DNA from: an uncultured Acidobacteriota bacterium
Lineage (GTDB): Bacteria; Acidobacteriota; Thermoanaerobaculia; UBA5066
Direction: 5' to 3'
Length of the DNA: 64,000 nucleotides
NCBI GenBank assembly: GCA_903845115.1
Contig: CAIMWE010000123.1
Coordinates: 1,345 to 65,344 of the forward strand
Part shown: positions 38,957-45,608 of the stretch, one piece after another
Layout of the letters: the number at the start of each line of letters is the position of its first letter
How positions within the stretch are numbered: the first letter of the stretch is position 1
Translations under genes and position numbers: made by a program
Notes under the pieces: model-generated
The model's input: only the letters and a program-made list of their open reading frames with translations
Database searches by the model: none
What the model was told of the DNA's origin: nothing

Positions 38957-39766
38957 CTACCTTCCGGCGTCGCCCCCCCGCCCGCCGGGCCTCCTCGGCA
39001 TTCCCGCGATCAGCGCGCGGGCGGCCCCGTCCGCCTCTCCCCGAGCCCCCTTGAGAGCCTCTGCCCGTATCGCGGCGAGACGGAGCGTCCGGGAAGCGAG
39101 GTCGAGGCGCTGCCGGCCCGCCAGGGCGAAGCTGAGGAGCTCGAGGAGGGCTTCCCCGGCCGACAGCTTCGTCGGATTCCACGCCGCCCCGGGACGGTGC
39201 CTGAGGACGGCGATCCTTCCCACCGGGAGGGGGCGCGCGGGCACTCGTGCCCCGAGGGACTCGTGGCCGACGCGCAGGAAGCCGTCCCTCCGGAGCACGA
39301 TGGGGCGGGCGTAGGGGTGGGCCCGGCCCTGTTCGTCGATCACGGCGAACTCGTCCGAGAGGTACTCGGCGCCGGCACGCAGCAGAGCCGCGACGAGCTC
39401 GCTCTTGCCGCTGCCCGACCGTCCGGGCAGGAGGATGGCCTGGCCGTTCCACGCGACCGCCCCCGCGTGCACGAAGACGAGCCCCTCGGCGCGGCATGCG
39501 AGGAACCGCTCCACGTCGTCGACGACGAGGTCCGCGGCGACGGCGGCGGTGGGCGCGTTCAGCACGAGGCGGGCGCCCCGGCGGACGGCCATTCCCGGAC
39601 GGGCGCCGTCATCGTCCCTCACGGCGTAGCGCCGGTCCGCCGGGGCCGCCGGAGACAGCGCCTCCACCGGCGGCAGCCGGGCGGAGAGGAGCGGCCAGAA
39701 CGAGGCGTCGGGCGCGTCGACCCTCAACGCGACACCGAAGAGCCGGAACGTGGTCCGCTCGGGCAA
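38957..39766 (-). CDS. HPr-kinase/phosphorylase C-terminal-domain-like P-loop kinase (lasso-peptide-kinase-like)
   Basis: GRSGSGKSE Walker A in the HprK-like context (AILLPGRSGSGKSELVAALLRAGAEYLSDEFAVID). No N-terminal HprK regulatory domain. 269 aa. Confidence 0.7.
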   Translation of the reverse strand: MPERTTFRLFGVALRVDAPDASFWPLLSARLPPVEALSPAAPADRRYAVRDDDGARPGMAVRRGARLVLNAPTAAVAADLVVDDVERFLACRAEGLVFVHAGAVAWNGQAILLPGRSGSGKSELVAALLRAGAEYLSDEFAVIDEQGRAHPYARPIVLRRDGFLRVGHESLGARVPARPLPVGRIAVLRHRPGAAWNPTKLSAGEALLELLSFALAGRQRLDLASRTLRLAAIRAEALKGARGEADGAARALIAGMPRRPGGRGGDAGR

Positions 39767-39773
39767 GGCCGCG

Positions 39774-40955
39774 TCAGGCCGCCCGCCAGCGAAGGCGGGA
39801 GCGGATCTTCTTCAGGAGCGCGAGGGGGAGCTCTCTCTCCTGGTGCAGGCCCCACATCTCCCGCAGGTACGTCGGGAACGCCCGGATCCGCTCTCCGAGG
39901 GGAAGGGCTTTCAGCTCCCCGGACGAGGCGCGCCAGTGGAGGAAGACCCCTCGGAGCAGCGACGGCCGCCGCATTCGCGAAGCGACCTCCAGGCGGCGGC
40001 GCCACCCGCGGGAATGCCGCCGGAGGTTCGCCAGGACCTCGGTCGGCACGGCGGCGCCGAACTCCGACCCCAGGAAATTCAGCGCAAGCAGGAGGGGGAG
40101 GCAGAGGTCCCGGGCGCGCGCCTCGGAGACGAGAACGTCCCAGTCGAGGGCCGCGGGCTCGCGCCGGAGGAGGAGGACGGCGTCGGCGACCCAGTGTACG
40201 GGGGGGACGGGGCTCCATCGAAGGCCGTGCACGCACACGGACAGGAGATGGTCGGCCGGCGACAGGGTCCAGGCCCTCACGTCGCCCGAGACGAAGGGGA
40301 CGCTCCGGGCGAGAAAGCCCGCGTCGGCCCCTCCGGCACACGACTCCATCAGTGCGTGCCGGTGAAGGTCGACCTCCATCGGCGCCGGACCCGCGAAAGC
40401 TTGGCCGTGAAGATGGAGCATCCGGGACGCGGGCTCTCGCGCCACCGCTCGCCACCCCTCGGCCTCGAGGCAGCCCACGGCGGCGCCGAATTCTCCCTCG
40501 GGGACGAGAAGGTCGACGTCCCCCATGGGCCGCAGCGCCCGGTGGGGATAGACGAGCGCGGCGAGGGCGAGGCCTTTGATCACGACCACCCGGCTGACGA
40601 CCCGCGACAGCGAACCGATCAGCGATGCGGCCGCATCGGCGATCCCCTCCTGCTGGACCCAGGCTTCCTCCACGGTCCCGGGCCTTCCCGTCGCGGTGCC
40701 CGCCGCCAGGATCCCCAGCCTCCTGAGGTTCCACTCTGCCAGCGGAAGGAGGCGGCGCGCCGGACCCGAGGGGGGGCTCCCCCCGGCCAGCAACCACCGG
40801 TCCCAGGCGTTGCCGGCTCCTTCGCCCTCGAACAGGCCGGCCCGCAGGAGGTCGAGATCCGAGCCGCCTGGCCGGGTTCCCCGCGGCTCCGATATACTGG
40901 CCACGTTCGAGCGAATGAGACCCGCTCCATCGTGCGGGAACACGGAGGACGGCAT
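39774..40955 (-). CDS. Nucleotidyltransferase-family protein of the PF14907 (RiPP/lasso-associated NTase) type
   Basis: 393 aa with the hG[GS]/DxD NTase core (PMGDVDLLVPEG). Size and layout fit PF14907. It sits 8 nt upstream of the HprK-like gene on the same strand. Assignment is by pattern memory. Confidence 0.6.
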   Translation of the reverse strand: MPSSVFPHDGAGLIRSNVASISEPRGTRPGGSDLDLLRAGLFEGEGAGNAWDRWLLAGGSPPSGPARRLLPLAEWNLRRLGILAAGTATGRPGTVEEAWVQQEGIADAAASLIGSLSRVVSRVVVIKGLALAALVYPHRALRPMGDVDLLVPEGEFGAAVGCLEAEGWRAVAREPASRMLHLHGQAFAGPAPMEVDLHRHALMESCAGGADAGFLARSVPFVSGDVRAWTLSPADHLLSVCVHGLRWSPVPPVHWVADAVLLLRREPAALDWDVLVSEARARDLCLPLLLALNFLGSEFGAAVPTEVLANLRRHSRGWRRRLEVASRMRRPSLLRGVFLHWRASSGELKALPLGERIRAFPTYLREMWGLHQERELPLALLKKIRSRLRWRAA

Positions 40956-41382
40956 GACCGTATCGTACCCGAGGGCCCGCCGCGTCGGTCTGAGGACCGA
41001 GACGCTCCTCGACGAGTTGCTCGTCTACGACCTCGCCAAGAAGAAGGCTCACTGCCTCAACGCGACGGCGGCGTGCGTCTACCAGCTCGCGGACGGAACG
41101 CGTTCGACGAAGGTCCTCGCCAAGGAGCTCTCGGAGCGCTTCGGAACCCCGGCTGGCGAGGACCTCGTCTGGTACTGCCTGGACGAGCTCGGGCGCCAGG
41201 GACTCCTGGAGTCGGGCCAGGCGGAGACGTCGAAGGTGGTGGTCCCGTCGCGCCGCCACCTGCTGACCCGCCTCGGAATCGCGGCCGCCGTTCTCCCGGT
41301 CGTCCTCTCCGTGGCGCTGCCTCGTCCGGCGTCGGCTCAGCTGCGGAGCCCCGGGCCGACGGGCACTCCCATCCCCGACTAG
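40936..41382 (+). CDS. PqqD-family protein (RiPP recognition element-like) with an unusual C-terminal extension
   Basis: TETLLDELLVYDLAKKKAHCLNATAACVYQLADGTRSTKVLAKELSERFGTPAGEDLVWYCLDELGRQGLLE matches the PqqD/RRE winged-helix pattern (LxxYD...hxLNxxAxxIWxL.DG..T...L). Track coordinates are used. The ATG I read lies about 18 nt later, where it shares a CATG with the divergent NTase start. Confidence 0.65.
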   Translation, partial: GNTEDGMTVSYPRARRVGLRTETLLDELLVYDLAKKKAHCLNATAACVYQLADGTRSTKVLAKELSERFGTPAGEDLVWYCLDELGRQGLLESGQAETSKVVVPSRRHLLTRLGIAAAVLPVVLSVALPRPASAQLRSPGPTGTPIPD

Positions 41383-41412
41383 GCGGCCACGCCTCTCCAC
41401 GGTCGCCATTTC

Positions 41413-43533
41413 ATGACCCGGGAATCGCGCGCCTCGAGGGAACCGTCCCCGCCGCCCAGGGTCTGCCTCTGCATGATCGTCCGGAACGAGAAGCGAGTCC
41501 TCCGGCGCTGCCTCGACGCGGCCGGGCCGATCGTCGACGCGGTCAGCCTCTGCGACACCGGGTCGGACGACGGGACGCCGGAGATCGCGACCGCGTGGCT
41601 CGCCGAACGGTCCGTTCCGGGGCGCGTTCACCGCCACGTCTTCCGCAACTTCGGCCGCAACCGGACCCTCGCGGCCGAAGCGGCCCGCCGGACGATGCTC
41701 GGCCTCGGCTGGGACCTCGAGACGAGCTACCTCCTCTTCCTGGACGCCGACATGGTCCTCGAGATCGCGCCGTCGTTCCGGGCGAAGTCGCTCGGGGCGG
41801 ACGTCTACCGCGTCTTCCAGCGGAACGGCCGGTATCTCTACCCGAACGTCCGCCTGGTCCGCGCGAGCCTTCTCGGGCGTTTCCTGGGGGCCACCCACGA
41901 GTTCTTCCAGCCTCCACCGGGGACGCGGCAGCGGACTCTCGAGACGCTCTCCATCGACGACCGGTCGGACGGGGGGTTTCGCGCCCAGAAGCTCGAGAGG
42001 GACCGCAGGCTCCTCCTGGCGGAACTCCGCGCGAGGCCGCGGGACACGCGGGCCATGTTCTATCTCGCGCAGACCTTTCGGGACCGGCTGGAATGGGACG
42101 ACGCCCTCCGCTGGTATCGAAAGCGCATCGGAGCCGCGGTAGGGGCCGAAGAGGTCTGGTACTCCCACTACGCGAGCGGTCTCATCCAGCTGCGAAGGGG
42201 AGACACCCGGGCCGCGGTCTCGAGCCTCCACCGGGCGATCCGTCTCGATCCCTCGCGAGCCGAGCCCTACTACTACCTGGCCGGCTACCTGGCCGCCCGC
42301 GGGCGCTTCCTCTTCGCGGCGCGACTCGCCCGGCGCGGGGCAGCGCTCCCGATGCCCCGGAACCGCTCTCTGTTCCTGGAACCTGACGTCTACCGGTGGG
42401 GGCTTCTCTCCGAGTTCGCCCGGCTGGCCTACTTCACGCGGCTCCGCGACGCGGGGCTCGAGGTAAACGAACGGCTGGTCCTGGGCGCCGGCACTCCCGC
42501 CGACGCGGTGGAGCGGGCGAAGGGAAACGCCGTCCTGTATGCGCGGCCCCTGCCCGACGCCACCTACCTCGAGCTCACGCCCAAGCTGCCCGCCGGCTAC
42601 CTCGCCTGCAACCCCAGCATCCTCAGGACGACGAGCGGGTACCTCGTGAACTGCCGCGCCGTCAGCTACCGGCTCGACGAGTCCCAGCGCTATCACTCCC
42701 GGAGGCCGGACGGTGCGCTCCGGACCCGCAACTTCCTCCTCCGGACGGACCGTTCGCTCCGTTCCCTCGAGCAGCAAGAGCTCCGCTGCCGCGAGCGGCC
42801 GTTGCGCCCCAGCCACGTTCGGGGGCTCGAGGACTGCCGGATCTTCCGGCTGGGCGGGTCCCTCGCCGCCACGTGCACGACGGCCGAGCTCCACCCGGCG
42901 GGCCCGGCGCGCATGTCGCTGGTCCGGTTCGACCGCGACCTCGGGCTCGTCCGGCACCTGCCCCTCACCGGCTACCGGGACGCCCTCCCCCAGAAGAACT
43001 GGCTTCCTTTCGTGGAACCGGCCACCGGCGACCTCCAGGCGGTTTACGGCCTTGCGCCGTTCGTCACGCTTCGGATCGACCCCGCGAGCGGCGTGTGCGA
43101 GCCCACGAGGGAACGAGCCGAGCCCAGGCCCTTCGGGGACTTTCGCGGTTCCGCCGGGCCCGTCGACCTGCCCCGGCCGCTCGGCGGCGGCCGACTGCTG
43201 CTCGTCCACGAGGTGGCGTTCCACGGCATCCGCTATTACCTGCACCGCTTCCTGCTGCTGGATCGGGGCTGGCGGGTCACTCGCGTGTCACGCCCGTTCT
43301 TCTTCCACCACCGGGGGATCGAGTTCGCGAGCGGCGCCTGCGTCGCCCACGGAGGGAGGGACCTCCTCGTGACGCTCGGCGTCGAGGACCGGGAGGCCTG
43401 GATCTGTCGCGTCTCCCTCCGCTCCGTCCTCGCCTCCCTGCGCCCGCTCCCCGACGCTGAAGAATTCCCAGGGAGCGGAGAGGTAGCGGCGGGCGGAGCC
43501 CGACGCGCAGGGGAACCGGAGGGGTTCCCCTGA
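41413..43533 (+). CDS. Multidomain protein: SunS-like GT2 glycosyltransferase, TPR-like helical region, and an about 330-aa unknown C-terminal domain
   Basis: N-terminus CLCMIVRNEKRVLRRCLDAAGPIVDAVSLCDTGSDDGT...FLDADM is the GT-A DxD, comparable to the glycocin glycosyltransferase SunS (GIIVYNE...CLNS..., FIDADN). TPR-like helices (AMFYLAQTFRDRLEWDDALRWYRKRI; EPYYYLAGYLAARG). The C-terminal domain is a paralog of 37994..38917. Confidence 0.65.
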   Translation: MTRESRASREPSPPPRVCLCMIVRNEKRVLRRCLDAAGPIVDAVSLCDTGSDDGTPEIATAWLAERSVPGRVHRHVFRNFGRNRTLAAEAARRTMLGLGWDLETSYLLFLDADMVLEIAPSFRAKSLGADVYRVFQRNGRYLYPNVRLVRASLLGRFLGATHEFFQPPPGTRQRTLETLSIDDRSDGGFRAQKLERDRRLLLAELRARPRDTRAMFYLAQTFRDRLEWDDALRWYRKRIGAAVGAEEVWYSHYASGLIQLRRGDTRAAVSSLHRAIRLDPSRAEPYYYLAGYLAARGRFLFAARLARRGAALPMPRNRSLFLEPDVYRWGLLSEFARLAYFTRLRDAGLEVNERLVLGAGTPADAVERAKGNAVLYARPLPDATYLELTPKLPAGYLACNPSILRTTSGYLVNCRAVSYRLDESQRYHSRRPDGALRTRNFLLRTDRSLRSLEQQELRCRERPLRPSHVRGLEDCRIFRLGGSLAATCTTAELHPAGPARMSLVRFDRDLGLVRHLPLTGYRDALPQKNWLPFVEPATGDLQAVYGLAPFVTLRIDPASGVCEPTRERAEPRPFGDFRGSAGPVDLPRPLGGGRLLLVHEVAFHGIRYYLHRFLLLDRGWRVTRVSRPFFFHHRGIEFASGACVAHGGRDLLVTLGVEDREAWICRVSLRSVLASLRPLPDAEEFPGSGEVAAGGARRAGEPEGFP

Positions 43534-43630
43534 TCAATATTGGCTGCCCTCGGTAGAGGCGCGAAGCGACTCGCCCTCGGCAGAGGCGCGAAGCGACTCG
43601 CCCTCGGCGAGGCGCGTAGCGTCTCGCTCC
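43510..43630. repeat. Structured repeat element, copy B (hairpin GGGGAACC-GGAG-GGTTCCCC, then CTGATCAATATTG, then three 26-27-nt tandem units)
   Basis: Same architecture as copy A, with compensatory base changes in the hairpin stem. It overlaps the 3' ends of both convergent genes. Confidence 0.8.
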
Positions 43631-44874
43631 GACCCGAAGACCCCTTCCCACTTCGCCACGACCACCGCCGCCACGCAGTTGCCGGCGAGGTTGATCGAGG
43701 TACGGGCCATGTCCATCAGCTCGTCGACGGCGAGGATCATCGCGACTCCCGCCTCGCCCGGCAGGTTGAACGCCGCGCAGCCGGACACGATGATGACGAG
43801 CGAGGCCCTGGGCACCGCGGCCACCCCCTTCGTCGTGAGCATGAAGGTGAGCATCATCAGGACCTGCTCGGTCCAGGTCATGTGCCGTCCGGCCGCCTGC
43901 GCGATCGTGAGCGAGGCGAGCGCGATGTAGAGCGTGGAGCCGTCCAGGTTGAAGCTGTAGCCGGCCGGGAGGACGAAGCCGGCCACGCTCTTCGGGACTC
44001 CGAACTCCACGATCCGCTCGAGGGCGCGCGGGAGGGCCGCCTCGGAGGACGCGGTCGAGAAGGCGATCATGAAGGGCTCCCGGATCGCCCGGAAGAACTT
44101 GAGGACCGGGACCTTCGCCAGCTTCAGGGCGGGGACCATCACGATCAGGACGAAGATGACCAGGGAGAGGTAGAGCGACCCGACGAGCTTCACGTAGCTC
44201 CGGAGGACCCCGAGGCCGTGGTGGGACACGGCGCCCGCCATCGCGCCGAAGACGCCGAGCGGGGTCAGCGCCATCACGTAGTCGGTCAGCTTGAACAGGA
44301 CCGCGACGGCCGACTCGAAGAAGGCGACGAACGGCTCGGACCGCTTCCCGACGTGGGCCGCAGCGATTCCGAGGAGGGTGGCGAAGATGACGATCTGGAG
44401 GATGTCCTGCCTCGCCATCGCGTCGATGACGTTCGAGGGGAAGAGGTGGAGGAGGGTCTCCACGAGCGTCTTCGGCTTCGCGAGGTTGGCCTCGCCGGTC
44501 ATCGGGAGCTTCAGGTCGAGGCCGGGCTTGACGACGTTGGCCATCACGAGGCCGATGACGAGGGCGATCGTGGTGGCGACCTCGAAGTAGACGAGGGCCT
44601 TCACGCCCATCCTTCCCACGGCCTTGATGTCGCCCGTCTTGCCGATGCCGAGGACGATGGTCGCGAAGATCAGCGGGACCACCAGCATCTTGATGAGGCT
44701 GATGAACGCCTTCGAGAGGAAACGGAACGTCTCGTAGGCCGCCGGGTACTGTTCCGCGGGGAGGCGGTCGCCGAGGACGACGCCGAGCACCAGCGCGTAC
44801 ATGATCAACGCCGTCCCCGACAGGAACGCGGAGCGGCCGCGCGGAGCGGCCGCGGGCGGGGCGCCGCCGGTCAT
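43534..44874 (-). CDS. Dicarboxylate/amino acid:cation symporter (DAACS family, GltP/DctA-like)
   Basis: Typical DAACS TM layout and motifs (e.g. AAFNLPGEAGVAMILAVDELMDMARTSINL). Start set at MTGG..., overlapping the dedA stop (ATGA). The last about 30 aa (AEGESLRAS repeats) come from the tandem repeat element. Confidence 0.8.
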   Translation of the reverse strand: MTGGAPPAAAPRGRSAFLSGTALIMYALVLGVVLGDRLPAEQYPAAYETFRFLSKAFISLIKMLVVPLIFATIVLGIGKTGDIKAVGRMGVKALVYFEVATTIALVIGLVMANVVKPGLDLKLPMTGEANLAKPKTLVETLLHLFPSNVIDAMARQDILQIVIFATLLGIAAAHVGKRSEPFVAFFESAVAVLFKLTDYVMALTPLGVFGAMAGAVSHHGLGVLRSYVKLVGSLYLSLVIFVLIVMVPALKLAKVPVLKFFRAIREPFMIAFSTASSEAALPRALERIVEFGVPKSVAGFVLPAGYSFNLDGSTLYIALASLTIAQAAGRHMTWTEQVLMMLTFMLTTKGVAAVPRASLVIIVSGCAAFNLPGEAGVAMILAVDELMDMARTSINLAGNCVAAVVVAKWEGVFGSERDATRLAEGESLRASAEGESLRASTEGSQY

Positions 44875-45527
44875 GCGGGGGGCTGCGGGGCCGGTTTCTC
44901 GCGCCAGGTCTTCCAGGCCTCCCACGCGATGGGGAGGACCGAGACGACGATGATCGCGAGGATCACGACGGAAAAGTTCCGCTTGACGACCGGGATGTTC
45001 CCGAAGAAGTAGCCGGAGAAGACGAACAGCCCGACCCAGAGGACACCGCCGATGACGTTGTAGGCCAGGAAGACCGGGTAGCTCATCGACCCGACTCCCG
45101 CCACGAAGGGCGCGAACGTCCGGACGATCGGGACGAAGCGGGCCAGGATGATCGTCGACCGGCCGTACTTCTCGTAGAACGTGTGGGTCTTCTGGAGGTG
45201 CTCCCTCTTGAGGAACCGGACGTGGCCGCTGAAGGCCCGCGGCCCGATCCGGCTCCCGATCCAGTAGTTCAGGGAGTCGCCGAGGATCGCGGCGGCGGCC
45301 AGGAGGAGGAAGACCGTGAAGAGGTTCAGGGAGCCGAGCGCGGCGAACGTCCCCGCAGCGAAGAGAAGGGAGTCGCCGGGGAGGAACGGCGTGACGACCA
45401 GCCCCGTCTCGCAGAAGACGATCAGGAAGAGGATCGCGTTCGTCCAGGCCCCGTAGTCGCGAAGGACGTCGGCCAGGTGCTTGTCCAGGTGGAGGAAGAT
45501 GTCGACGAACTGCTTGAGAAGGTCCAT
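44871..45527 (-). CDS. DedA/SNARE-associated (TVP38) family membrane protein
   Basis: 218 aa with FLPGDSLLFAAG, GSRIG and ILARFVPIVRTFAPFVAGV, the DedA signature. Confidence 0.8.
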   Translation of the reverse strand: MDLLKQFVDIFLHLDKHLADVLRDYGAWTNAILFLIVFCETGLVVTPFLPGDSLLFAAGTFAALGSLNLFTVFLLLAAAAILGDSLNYWIGSRIGPRAFSGHVRFLKREHLQKTHTFYEKYGRSTIILARFVPIVRTFAPFVAGVGSMSYPVFLAYNVIGGVLWVGLFVFSGYFFGNIPVVKRNFSVVILAIIVVSVLPIAWEAWKTWREKPAPQPPA

Positions 45528-45608
45528 GCGGCTCCTAGAGGGCAGGAGATTAGCAGGGCCGGAGGCGGTCCGGAGGGCGGTTCGAGAGGTTCCGAGGATA
45601 ATGGATCG

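Noticed and set aside
40936-40955. 20-bp divergent overlap of the NTase and PqqD start regions as given by the ORF track
   Set aside because: By my reading the plus-strand ATG is about 18 nt downstream, sharing CATG with the minus-strand start. The track string also appears 6 aa shorter than its stated length. So the overlap extent is uncertain and was not treated as a feature.
39724-43245. 1173-aa minus-strand ORF
   Set aside because: Antisense to the NTase, PqqD and GT2-TPR genes. Arg/Pro/Gly-rich. GC artifact.
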